Origin: a candidate division WWE3 bacterium GW2011_GWB1_41_6
Lineage (GTDB): Bacteria; Patescibacteriota; WWE3; UBA101185; UBA10185
DNA length: 64,000 nt
Direction of reading: 5' to 3'
Assembly (NCBI GenBank): GCA_000997355.1
Contig: LCBS01000001.1
Span: 5,191-69,190 of the forward strand
Shown here: positions 9,206 to 18,420 of the stretch, in pieces
Position numbering within the stretch: position 1 is the first letter of the stretch
How the letters are laid out: each line of letters begins with the position of its first letter
Translations under genes and position numbers: made by a program
Notes under the pieces: generated by a model
Database searches by the model: none
What the model saw: only the letters and a program-made list of their open reading frames with translations
What the model was told of the DNA's origin: nothing

Positions 9206-10167
9206 AAAACTCTAAACAAATAAATGGCAATAAAACTTAGCACTAACTGGATTATGCCTGCACGCTGTACAATCTTTGTATCTGCCCAACCCTTATTTAA
9301 TAGGTGAAGGTGCAAGGGGGCTATTACAAATACCTTTCTTTTCAGATATCTTATTGAAAACATTTGAATTAGGCTGCTTAACCCGTCAACAATTATGAGA
9401 CTAAATAAAACGAATATTGGTATCAGATTGTACCGTAATCCTAAAAATGCAATAAAAAAGCCTAAAGGCATGCTTCCTGCATCTCCCAAGAAAACCCTCG
9501 CAGGTTTTATATTGAAATATAGAAAAACGAAGAGAAAAGAAAATAATATTATTACTAGATTTACCAAATTAACATTGTTATGACTGGAAATTTCAAAATA
9601 ACCTAAAACCGGAAAAATATACATACACAAAGTTCCCACCAACCCATCGAGACCATCCACAATGTTAACAGAGTTTGTTATAAAAACTATGAATAACAAA
9701 GTGAATGGCAAAATAAATAAGGACGGTACTGAAATTAAATATAATAAGAGCACCACGATTATGAATTGAGATACCAATTTTTGTCCTGTGGTTAGACCCC
9801 ATCTTTTAACCTTTTCGTACCCAAAGTATTTCACAACATCATCCAAAAATCCCAATAATGTAAATACAGCTAGAACAAGCATTAAAACAAGTGTTTGTGT
9901 GGATCCAAAGAACATCTGAAAGAAAACAAGGTCCAGGAGAAGTAAAATTCCAAAACTGGAGGGAGTGTCCATATTTGATAATAAGTGATTATAATAATTG
10001 GGGTTTCGTTTTGACGTATCAACTTTATCAGACGTTTTCGTCTTGTAAAACTTGTTTCTATATAATAAATTTATCAATGGGATTGCTACTAATCCATTCA
10101 GCACCAATCCGATAAAAAACAGCGTTAGATGGTCAGTGTTTAGCAACATATAGTGATTATAACTCAT
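9202..10167 (-). CDS. mraY: MraY-like phospho-N-acetylmuramoyl-pentapeptide transferase
   Basis: GFLDD, NIVDGLDGL, PARVFLGDAGS, APLHLH..GW..KIVQR. Confidence 0.75.
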   Translation of the reverse strand: MSYNHYMLLNTDHLTLFFIGLVLNGLVAIPLINLLYRNKFYKTKTSDKVDTSKRNPNYYNHLLSNMDTPSSFGILLLLDLVFFQMFFGSTQTLVLMLVLAVFTLLGFLDDVVKYFGYEKVKRWGLTTGQKLVSQFIIVVLLLYLISVPSLFILPFTLLFIVFITNSVNIVDGLDGLVGTLCMYIFPVLGYFEISSHNNVNLVNLVIILFSFLFVFLYFNIKPARVFLGDAGSMPLGFFIAFLGLRYNLIPIFVLFSLIIVDGLSSLIQMFSIRYLKRKVFVIAPLHLHLLNKGWADTKIVQRAGIIQLVLSFIAIYLFRVL

Positions 10168-10235
10168 GGAGTTTATTTACCAGAAGAGCAAGCTGTCATC
10201 AATTCACGGTCGACTATAACAGACGATGTTTGTAA

Positions 10236-10844
10236 CTATTTTAAACTAATTTCGACTAATTTTTGTTTAATTTCCTCGTCCAATACCTCTCTGCCCTCTA
10301 AATAGTCTACTCTCTCAGAATAATCAATATCTTCAAAATACGACAATTGCTCTCTAAACAAGCGTTCATTAAACTCAGTACCAAAAACCGCTTTTGTCAT
10401 CTTGGTGATATCCTCAAACGTATTGCTTTCAAGTATAAAAAAGATATCTACATAATCCTTCCATTTTGCTCTTCTACCAAGTGCAAATGTCTTCATCGCA
10501 GCAAGGGTTAGTAGATCTGGAATTTTAATTATTTCCTCAAATTTTCCTGAGTAATTTATTTTATATGGGTATTTATAGAATGTGAGTTTAACATTATCTA
10601 CAACTAGTGTAAGTTCCTCCGGTTCATCTACCAAAGTTGACTGAATAGTATGATTTTTATTAACACCTGAACGTATCTTTTCATTCGAAAAATCCTCATC
10701 TGTAAAAAGATCGAAATCTATTGATCTACGATGACCTAAGTGCAGGGCAATAGCAGTTCCGTCAACTAATCCAAAATCAGTAGAAAAGGTTTTGATTAAT
10801 GTAAGTAGCTTAGTTTGGTTATCATAAAGTATCTCTTTGTGCAT
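10236..10844 (-). CDS. AbiEii/AbiGii-family nucleotidyltransferase toxin
   Basis: L.DGTAIAL..GHRRSIDFDLF, AMK, RRAKWKDYVD; start set at MHKEIL, overlapping the upstream gene. Confidence 0.85.
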   Translation of the reverse strand: MHKEILYDNQTKLLTLIKTFSTDFGLVDGTAIALHLGHRRSIDFDLFTDEDFSNEKIRSGVNKNHTIQSTLVDEPEELTLVVDNVKLTFYKYPYKINYSGKFEEIIKIPDLLTLAAMKTFALGRRAKWKDYVDIFFILESNTFEDITKMTKAVFGTEFNERLFREQLSYFEDIDYSERVDYLEGREVLDEEIKQKLVEISLK

Positions 10845-11109
10845 GTTTTTCAAAATATTTTGTAAAATAATTAGCTGTTTGAGTTCGTAGATTACTTCTA
10901 CGTTTATTCTTAATTTCCTCAAATAATCTTACGCTCTGATCCATACCAAATAGTTTTGTAATAGACATAAAATCTGACCAGTCACCATAACTTATAATAC
11001 TTTCTAGAATACCTTGCGGGGATAATTCACTATAGTTTTTAGTGGACCATGCAAGATATGGTTTATTTCTAATTAGGTCTCTCGCTTTGTCAATAGTAGA
11101 ATTGGTCAT
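10822..11109 (-). CDS. Putative antitoxin partner of the AbiEii-like toxin
   Basis: 95 aa with LAWS..ILESIISYGDW; overlaps the toxin start. Confidence 0.7.
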   Translation of the reverse strand: MTNSTIDKARDLIRNKPYLAWSTKNYSELSPQGILESIISYGDWSDFMSITKLFGMDQSVRLFEEIKNKRRSNLRTQTANYFTKYFEKHAQRDTL

Positions 11110-11415
11110 ATAAGAATTATATCAATTACCTGAAGGATCTTGGATATACATTCCCCAACTCACATATCTCATAATAACGACTTCCTTTTGTTTTCGAACC
11201 GAAATCAGGTTAATTATGTCCCTCGGTATAATTTGTTCATGAATGATGCATTTGGTAATAGATTAAAAGCTGGAGATTATATTACGGCGTTTTTTTACAT
11301 AGATCCACCGATTGATATTCAACCTGTAAAGTCATGTATTTTGTTGACTTAGCACTTACAGTAATGGGTACATGCACAGGATGTTTGTAACTTTATCTGT
11401 TCGCAAATTTTGCAC

Positions 11416-11540
11416 AAAAAAACTCCGTAAAGGAGTTAATCTGTAGGGCGAGATGTCTCTGAATAGTTACCTATTCTTGTAGGCGTCCCATTAACGCCTC
11501 GTTATTCGGTAGCTAAGCTACCTACACATCTTGTACCTAT
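11416..11540 (-). ncRNA. Candidate structured non-coding RNA with terminator
   Basis: Closing stem AGAUGU/ACAUCU around three 6-bp hairpins (one with a GUAA GNRA loop), then an AACUCC/GGAGUU hairpin and U-tract. Confidence 0.5.
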
Positions 11541-11578
11541 TTTTTAACATATTAGATATGAAAAATCAAGTGAGATTT

Positions 11579-11655
11579 TGGTCGGGGTGACAGGACTCGA
11601 ACCTGCGACCTCCAAGGCCCCACCTTGGCGCGCTAGCCAACTGCGCCACACCCCG
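11579..11655 (-). tRNA. tRNA-Pro (GGG)
   Basis: Reverse complement CGGGGTG..CCAAG-GTGGGGC-CTTGG..GGTTCGAGTCC..CACCCCGACCA; cloverleaf with encoded CCA. Confidence 0.97.
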
Positions 11656-11739
11656 ACAACCGTTAGTATTCTACCATTACCCGTTATATATACAAAAACC
11701 CCTGATTATGCAAAAATTGATAAAAGGGGGTGATCATTA

Positions 11740-12300
11740 ATGGATGATCAAAATTTTAATAATGAAACGTTTAACCAGACACCGCCCGAAGTTCCTCAGG
11801 AACCTGCGCATGCTCCGGAAGCGACACCTGTAGTTACCGAACAACCTGTTGCAGTTGCGGAACAGCCCCCTGCTACTCCGGCTCAACCACCGGTAGATAC
11901 ATCAGGTGTTACCTATGCGACATTCTTTCAAAGATTTGTTGCAGGTTTAATTGATTTTGTCCTGGTTGGAATAGTGACCACTATACTTGGCGCAGTACTT
12001 GGTTTCGCTAATGCGGATCGCGGGTTTGTTAACCCATTCTCAGTACTGGCATGGGCTTACTACATTTACATGGTAGTCAAATATGGTGCTACTGTCGGAA
12101 AAATGGCAATGGGATTGAGGGTACAAAACGAAACTACAGGAGCTAATCTTTCTTGGCTTGAAGCTTTCTTAAGAGAGGTAGTCGGTAAACTACTTTCCGG
12201 TCTCGCATTGGGATTAGGCTTTTTATGGATGCTGTGGGATCCGAAAAAACAGACTTGGCACGATAAAATAGCAAAAAGTATCGTTGTGAAAGTGAAATAA
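11740..12300 (+). CDS. RDD family membrane protein with Pro/Glu-rich N-terminus
   Basis: RFVAGLIDF, GATVGKMAMGLRV, QTWHDKIAKS. Confidence 0.9.
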   Translation: MDDQNFNNETFNQTPPEVPQEPAHAPEATPVVTEQPVAVAEQPPATPAQPPVDTSGVTYATFFQRFVAGLIDFVLVGIVTTILGAVLGFANADRGFVNPFSVLAWAYYIYMVVKYGATVGKMAMGLRVQNETTGANLSWLEAFLREVVGKLLSGLALGLGFLWMLWDPKKQTWHDKIAKSIVVKVK

Positions 12301-12350
12301 GCTTTAACAAGTAAAGTAATCCGCAAACGGTGTTTAACGGAATTTTTAGG

Positions 12351-12375
12351 AAGCGCCTACCCTGTAGGCGTTTTT
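12351..12375 (+). terminator. Intrinsic terminator between convergent genes
   Basis: CGCCTAC-cct-GTAGGCG followed by T-tract. Confidence 0.65.
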
Positions 12376-12376
12376 C

Positions 12377-13771
12377 CTACTTCATAAATATATCCAACAG
12401 AACATAGAGGCTAAATCCTCCGTAGAATAGAAAAGCTGAAAGCATGGCTACAGTTCTAAATCGACTCGGCCGGACGGCTGTGTCGAGCATGGTTTTGTTC
12501 ATCCAGAGCGTAAGTCCGACATGTACGAACATTGCAAATGCGTTAAGCACTGCAGCAGTTGTAAGAAGCTGTAAGGGCTGGGTGAATCCTGATAAAAATA
12601 TCCCTACTCCAAATAATATCTGCACCCATAAAACAATGTAGTAGATCTTAGGTAACTTCTGTTCGGTTAATCTGGAGGGAAATGCCAATATCAGATTTTC
12701 GCTTAAGATCCGGCTTGTCGCGTCAAAAACCGTGAGCTGTGTTCCAAACAGAGTCAGCCCCGCAACCAGTAAAAAGAAGGTTCCGGCGAATGGAAAAAGC
12801 CGCGAGGATATTTGGTCGGCCTCGGCAAGCATAAAGTTTATATCACCGGTGGTTTGACCCGTTCCGAACGTCGTCACATACGCAAGCAAAGCTAATAGTA
12901 ATATCGTAATAGATCCGGTGAGCCAGAAAACTAAAAAATGCTCAATATTTACGTTCTTCCACCACTGTCTAAAAACTGCAACATTGGCAGGGGTTGGCTC
13001 GAACTTTGAACCGCTCAGAGACATGGACTCTACTTTGCCGGTTAACAGGCTTGTGATTCGACCGGCATATTTTCCCATACCATACCCTTTTTCCTTAACA
13101 TAATATGATTGTGCAAGGTTCAGATTACCACCGGCCCCTGCGTACGCCAAAGCAGCCAGAAAAGAAGCGATTGGTAATCCTACGGGGAGTAGAAAATACC
13201 CATCCCCTTTACCGAAGATACCGGACGTAAGAGCAGCCCAATGTTCTTGTCTGGCAAGAATAATACTGAGAATAAATACGGACGGAACTCCAACCGATAT
13301 AAGTATTTTTTGCAGGTTTTCGACTGTTTTATATAGAACGGGCCCAATAGTAAGGATAAGTCCCATGACAATTAAAAAGATTATGGATAAATTCGATGTA
13401 TTCTCTACTCCTCCAAGAGTGCCAAGCAGTTTAGCCGACGATGCGACGATCCCCGGCCAGATCCACGGAAGAAATGTTGATAATAAGAACCATAAAGGAA
13501 GCCATTTTAATTTACGCGCAAAGCCGACAAAAACGCTTTCCCCGTGAACAAGCGCGTACCTTTCTATTTCCATGTTCATAAAAAATTGGAAGGTAATACC
13601 TAAAACAGCGCCCCAAATAATTCCTAATCCGTAGTGAGATGAGAGATAAGGCCAAAGGATGAGCTCGCCGCTTCCCAATCCCAAACCCAAAATAATAAAA
13701 CTGGGACCGACTAATTTTCTTAAAGGTAAAGCCGGAGGGAGATCTTTTATTCCTAGAGGTTTAACAGACAT
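12377..13771 (-). CDS. Nramp-like/APC-fold transporter
   Basis: GPSFIILGLGLGSGELILWP, EIERY, many TM helices. Confidence 0.75.
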   Translation of the reverse strand: MSVKPLGIKDLPPALPLRKLVGPSFIILGLGLGSGELILWPYLSSHYGLGIIWGAVLGITFQFFMNMEIERYALVHGESVFVGFARKLKWLPLWFLLSTFLPWIWPGIVASSAKLLGTLGGVENTSNLSIIFLIVMGLILTIGPVLYKTVENLQKILISVGVPSVFILSIILARQEHWAALTSGIFGKGDGYFLLPVGLPIASFLAALAYAGAGGNLNLAQSYYVKEKGYGMGKYAGRITSLLTGKVESMSLSGSKFEPTPANVAVFRQWWKNVNIEHFLVFWLTGSITILLLALLAYVTTFGTGQTTGDINFMLAEADQISSRLFPFAGTFFLLVAGLTLFGTQLTVFDATSRILSENLILAFPSRLTEQKLPKIYYIVLWVQILFGVGIFLSGFTQPLQLLTTAAVLNAFAMFVHVGLTLWMNKTMLDTAVRPSRFRTVAMLSAFLFYGGFSLYVLLDIFMK

Positions 13772-13884
13772 TGAACAAATGGTAGCATCTTTAAAAAGAC
13801 CAGGGCAACCCGCTAAAAACTATTATCGAAAAATGCGGATTGCCCTTTGTCTATCCCCCTATACGTCTCACCAATGAGCCTATT

Positions 13885-14523
13885 CTACTCTCTTTTAAAG
13901 AGAATTCTATAAATAACCCTGTCCTGACCAAAAGACAACCTTTTTCCCCACGTGCTTCTTATATCTTTAAGCTGGAGCTTTTCTAACCGTTCAAGTTTTT
14001 CCATTTTAAAACCGGCATTTTCGAACTTTGGAACTACTGAGCCGGATATTAATTCTTCTGATATTTCAGGGAGTTCCAGACGGACGGTTTCGGAGGGCTC
14101 TGCTTCGGATGTGTAACCAAAAATTATTTCCAAAGTTCCTTGAGGTTTAAGAATATTACTTAGTATATAAAAAGTCTTCTCATCCGGATCTACAGTACTT
14201 TTAAGCAAAGTTCCCCAGGGAAAAACAATATATAAAAGGTCGGCTATTTTAAAAAGTTCTTGTGGTAATACCTCGATTGAACCCACCACATATATTAAGT
14301 TTTCCATTTTCTTCCGGACCGCTTTTTTAGAATAGACTTCCAATTGTTTTTGGCTGGGATCGACACCTATAAAGAACGTAGGGTGTTCACGCAACGCGTG
14401 TTCGTAAACAAAACGGCCGTCGCCTGTACCAAGATCAAGCACTACCCGTTCATAATTATTTAATAATTCCTCAAGTTTCCCGCGGGAGAGTTCTTCAGTT
14501 TTGTTTCCTTTTACTATGATCAT
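13885..14523 (-). CDS. NpmA/KamB-like 16S rRNA (m1A1408) methyltransferase
   Basis: MIIVKGNK start, DLGTGDG, FIGVDP, FPWGTLL, STWGKRLSFG all match remembered NpmA motifs. Confidence 0.85.
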   Translation of the reverse strand: MIIVKGNKTEELSRGKLEELLNNYERVVLDLGTGDGRFVYEHALREHPTFFIGVDPSQKQLEVYSKKAVRKKMENLIYVVGSIEVLPQELFKIADLLYIVFPWGTLLKSTVDPDEKTFYILSNILKPQGTLEIIFGYTSEAEPSETVRLELPEISEELISGSVVPKFENAGFKMEKLERLEKLQLKDIRSTWGKRLSFGQDRVIYRILFKRE

Positions 14524-14534
14524 CAACCAATGAT

Positions 14535-15386
14535 ATGATAAAACCCGTGGATAACGCAAAACATTCGGATTCAGATATATGCCCGGTCTGGCAACCGGTC
14601 GGTTATTCGACGCATCAAATTTCCAAGCAGATCGGGAATTTGTACAGGCAAAAGGCATCACACACCGGCACTCTTGACCCTTTAGCAGAGGGTGTGATCA
14701 TTATCTTACTGGGTGAGGAACGGTTTAAAAAGTACGAACTGGCGGGTTGGAAAAAAACTTACGAGTTTGAAATTGCTTTTGGATTTGGTACTGATTCTTA
14801 CGACGCTATGGGGATGATTAGACAGAATGGGTCTGAAAATATGGGCTTGGAGAAGAATGAGCTTGGTAGAACTGTTGCCGGATTTATAGGCGAATACGTT
14901 CAAAAAGTACCGTTATTCTCCGCCACACGCTACCAGGGAAAACGGCTATTTGTACATGCAAGGTCCGGCATGGAAATACCGGATCTACCGGAGAAAAAAG
15001 GGACTATTTACAAGATTGAGCTTTTGGATTTGATGGATGCTAACTTGAAAGACGTTGTTCTGGAAATAATAGAAAATCTTAACAAAATAGTGGGCGACTT
15101 CAGACAGGATCCTATTATCGAGGAGTGGAAAAACTTCCTCAAAAAACCGGGGATCACGGACACAAAGATCCAAATCGCGAAAGTTAAAGTCGTTATATCA
15201 AGAGGAATGTATGTCCGTTCCCTATCACAAGATATAGCCAAAGCCGCGGGCGTTCCCGGGTTCGTGACATCACTTACCCGAACGGGAAACGGTATGTACA
15301 CAAAAAAAGACTGTAAAACACTTGAAGAGCTTTTCGGAAAAAATTACGGTAGGGATCTTTTCGTTTCCACTTTTACAAGAATATGA
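14535..15386 (+). CDS. truB: tRNA pseudouridine(55) synthase
   Basis: HTGTLDPLAEG catalytic motif, K.YEF, TDSYDAMG, P.FSA, GMYVRSL, LTRT. Confidence 0.88.
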   Translation: MIKPVDNAKHSDSDICPVWQPVGYSTHQISKQIGNLYRQKASHTGTLDPLAEGVIIILLGEERFKKYELAGWKKTYEFEIAFGFGTDSYDAMGMIRQNGSENMGLEKNELGRTVAGFIGEYVQKVPLFSATRYQGKRLFVHARSGMEIPDLPEKKGTIYKIELLDLMDANLKDVVLEIIENLNKIVGDFRQDPIIEEWKNFLKKPGITDTKIQIAKVKVVISRGMYVRSLSQDIAKAAGVPGFVTSLTRTGNGMYTKKDCKTLEELFGKNYGRDLFVSTFTRI

Positions 15387-15452
15387 TAATTATTGTAATA
15401 ACATCGTTGTGCTACACTATTAAAATTGCGTATATAAATTTTTGGAGGTTTT

Positions 15453-15812
15453 ATGAACACCGATATGATCAATAAAAGAATGAAAATAATTGAGGATATA
15501 CAAGCTGAATTAAACAAGCTGAAAACTCATTATGAGGAAGCGCTCGAGAATGACGCAGGATTTCAGAAAGTTCAGGAGGAAGTGGAAAAGGTAAAGGAGG
15601 AGTACAAGGAAAAGCAGGAAAAGATCCTGACTAATAATGCATACAAAGCTATAAATGACCAACTTAAGGAAAAACGGCTGGAATTGAAAGAGCAAAAAGA
15701 GGCTTTGTCACAAGAATTGGTGGATTATTACAGAGAACACGGAACACCTGAGATAGAAGATAACGATGGAAATGTAAAAAGGATGAAGTTTTCCGTACGA
15801 CTGGTAAGTTAA
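15453..15812 (+). CDS. Coiled-coil hypothetical protein
   Basis: 119 aa, E/K-rich heptads; GGAGG SD. Confidence 0.7.
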   Translation: MNTDMINKRMKIIEDIQAELNKLKTHYEEALENDAGFQKVQEEVEKVKEEYKEKQEKILTNNAYKAINDQLKEKRLELKEQKEALSQELVDYYREHGTPEIEDNDGNVKRMKFSVRLVS

Positions 15813-15820
15813 AAATATAA

Positions 15821-17287
15821 TTAGATAGTTTCGTCTTCCCTATCTTCTTTTATATAAATGCTATAGTCACCAAAGACCAAGTTTTCCAACGGTCTTTTAA
15901 ATTCCTCGGTCATGCGGGTCTCATCGGGGGAAACAAACACAGCCGTAGTCATATCTTCAGGACGGGCGTTGGACATAAACGGCCAGTCGTATCCAAACTG
16001 TGGATTGCGCGGATCGTATAACTTTACCTTATCCGTATCCAAATAATACTTCCCAACTATGTAATCGATAGGTGAAGTGAAAATAACCTCACTTTCGGAA
16101 TTCTTAAAATATTGTGCAAGTGGTTTCATGCCGTCGTAGTAACCCGGCGTGACGGCACGTGTAACGGTAAAAACATAGAAGAAAACAACAATGCCAAGCA
16201 GTTCCCATGTGAGAAGCGAGGTAAGGATATAAGACAAGGCGATGATAAAAAACACTGAAGCCGGAAGCAAATACCGTTCCACGTAGATGGATTTGTCCTT
16301 ATATGTGGAGTAACCGATTAGAAGCAACATCGGCAGGAAAAGCATCATTAGCGTAAAACCGAATTTACTTAAAGCATCCAAATTCTTCCTATCTTTAAGT
16401 AACACGGCCAATATGCCTGCGATAAAGATAATAAATACTCCGTATCCCAAAATATATTCGTCAAGAAGGAAATTGACATTGACCAGCTCATCTGCTCCCG
16501 ATAACCTGCTTTTCACACCGTAGGAATAAGCGGTAATACTTTGCTGAATATTATAGAGATCCGGTTCCTTCACCCAATCAATATTTAGATTGTTGTTTGC
16601 GGGATCTGTAAGAACGGGGAAGTACAAGAAAACGGCGATCGCAGCTAAAGGAACCAGTCTAAGCAAACCTTTTAATATTCCGCGCTTTTCCCTTATAATT
16701 ATAAAGGCATAATAAACTAACAGAACCGGGAGAAATGCGGCAAACATGTAATGGACAAAAAGCGATATAACGAGAACGATAACGAACAGATTAAATTTCC
16801 TTTTAACCAGAAAATACGCCGCAAGCGTGGTCATAAAACCGTAGAACATGTAAGAACGCGCTTCCACTGAATAAGCGATCAGGAACGGATTGACAGCGGC
16901 AAGGAAAGCTGCGATATCAGCGGTTTCTTTGTTGAATAATTCTTTGACGAGATAATAAATAACGACAATTAGAAGTATACCGAACAGAACCGGTAGCGAA
17001 CGCAATGCAAAGTCATTAACTCCAAAAACCGTTGTCCATCCTTTAAGCATTAAGTAATACAGCGGAGGATGGGGATCATCAGTAACAATCTTCCAGAATT
17101 CCTCTTTTCCTACTCTCATCAAAAGTCCGGTAAAAGCTTCGTCATACCAAAGGTCATCTTTCACAATGACGCGTAATCTAAGGAAAGCTCCGATCAGCGT
17201 CAAACCCATCAGATCGATATTTAGTTTGACCCAGTTTATTATTTTGCGCATTGACACATAGTTTATCACATGAAACAATCGCCGCAT
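15821..17287 (-). CDS. GT-C fold glycosyltransferase (family 39/ArnT/PMT-like)
   Basis: LWYDEA, DPHPPLYY, LRSL, EARSY, ERY motifs; many TM helices; start may be about 12 codons later. Confidence 0.85.
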   Translation of the reverse strand: MRRLFHVINYVSMRKIINWVKLNIDLMGLTLIGAFLRLRVIVKDDLWYDEAFTGLLMRVGKEEFWKIVTDDPHPPLYYLMLKGWTTVFGVNDFALRSLPVLFGILLIVVIYYLVKELFNKETADIAAFLAAVNPFLIAYSVEARSYMFYGFMTTLAAYFLVKRKFNLFVIVLVISLFVHYMFAAFLPVLLVYYAFIIIREKRGILKGLLRLVPLAAIAVFLYFPVLTDPANNNLNIDWVKEPDLYNIQQSITAYSYGVKSRLSGADELVNVNFLLDEYILGYGVFIIFIAGILAVLLKDRKNLDALSKFGFTLMMLFLPMLLLIGYSTYKDKSIYVERYLLPASVFFIIALSYILTSLLTWELLGIVVFFYVFTVTRAVTPGYYDGMKPLAQYFKNSESEVIFTSPIDYIVGKYYLDTDKVKLYDPRNPQFGYDWPFMSNARPEDMTTAVFVSPDETRMTEEFKRPLENLVFGDYSIYIKEDREDETI

Positions 17288-17366
17288 GAATAAAAAGAAG
17301 CGCGATGCTCAAAAGAACAAAGAAAAAAGAAAACTGTCCAAAAAAAGCCGAAGAGTTTGTTAAACA

Positions 17367-17777
17367 TTAATTAAGATCGTTTAGCTTCGTGTCCGTATAC
17401 TCATTCTCATATGTCGTAAAATCCATCTTATCAATAGCATTGATTTCTTCGTTGATCAGAGTGTCGTTATTCATCTGGCTATAGGTTGATTCATCGGCAT
17501 CGTCCACATCCAGCAGCGAATCATCGTACATACTCTCGTCTACTTGGTCCATCAAGTTCTGAAGCTCCTGAAGTTCGTCGGTTTCACCGGAGTCGGTCTG
17601 CAAGTAGTAGTTCTGGTAGTAATAAAATACCCCAAAAATAGCCAGCGTTAAAAACACGAATGTCGTCCCAAAGACAAGAAATAGCTTTCTGTTCTCTTTC
17701 TCAGGAATTGACTTTACCGATTCCGGTGTTTCTACTGAAGGTGTTTCCATTATTGGCTGATTAGTATCTTCGTTCAC
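17367..17777 (-). CDS. Single-TM acidic hypothetical protein
   Basis: One TM followed by a D/E-rich tail. Confidence 0.6.
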   Translation of the reverse strand: MNEDTNQPIMETPSVETPESVKSIPEKENRKLFLVFGTTFVFLTLAIFGVFYYYQNYYLQTDSGETDELQELQNLMDQVDESMYDDSLLDVDDADESTYSQMNNDTLINEEINAIDKMDFTTYENEYTDTKLNDLN

Positions 17778-17779
17778 TT

Positions 17780-18343
17780 TTATTCCTCCGTTCCTGAATT
17801 AATCGGACGCTGCGACTTTAAAGCCGTGATATCCGGGCGGATGGTGTTCCTGAAATAAGTTTTAATATCCATCACATCTTCACGGACGATCTTTAGCTGA
17901 TCCCTGGCTGCTTTTACCGCTTCCGCGTATGTTCCATCAGCCGAACCACATGTGTGGGTCTTGGATTCTTGTAACTTTGCAATAAACAGTGTCATATCCT
18001 GGGAAAGAGTTTCGATCTTCACACCCAGCACTTCAACATCCTCTTCCAGTTTTGTAGTATCGTAACCTCTTTCCTGAGCTCTTACTATAAACTTCTCAAG
18101 ACGTGTTTTCATGTTATTGAAGGATGCCAGATGTCCTCGTCTGACATTTTCATAGCGGCCGATATGGGCTTGGAACTTCTGCTCTCCTAACTCACAACGC
18201 TCGAGCCGGAGTTGTTCGCGGGTTTGCTTACGCTTCTGCAGGCTGTTGTTTGGTTCGGTTGTTTCAACCGCGTGTGCGTATCCGATAAGAACAAAGGTAA
18301 AAGCGGAAATATATAATAAAGTTAAAATACGTTTTGTTTTCAT
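17780..18343 (-). CDS. Exported helical/coiled-coil protein
   Basis: Signal peptide ending YAHA; helical body with two Cys. Confidence 0.7.
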   Translation of the reverse strand: MKTKRILTLLYISAFTFVLIGYAHAVETTEPNNSLQKRKQTREQLRLERCELGEQKFQAHIGRYENVRRGHLASFNNMKTRLEKFIVRAQERGYDTTKLEEDVEVLGVKIETLSQDMTLFIAKLQESKTHTCGSADGTYAEAVKAARDQLKIVREDVMDIKTYFRNTIRPDITALKSQRPINSGTEE

Positions 18344-18420
18344 TAATCCATATTAGTAGATAGGAAGTGTAATTGCAATCAGGTTTGACATCTTATGTTA
18401 TATGTACGTATCATTATCGT

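Noticed and set aside
11140-11352. 70-aa ORF
   Set aside because: TTG start, no SD, no recognisable motif; possibly spurious or a remnant
7227-11655. Integrative island at the tRNA-Pro 3' end
   Set aside because: The region looks AT-rich and carries a TA pair, but no integrase and no duplicated tRNA 3' end (att site) were found
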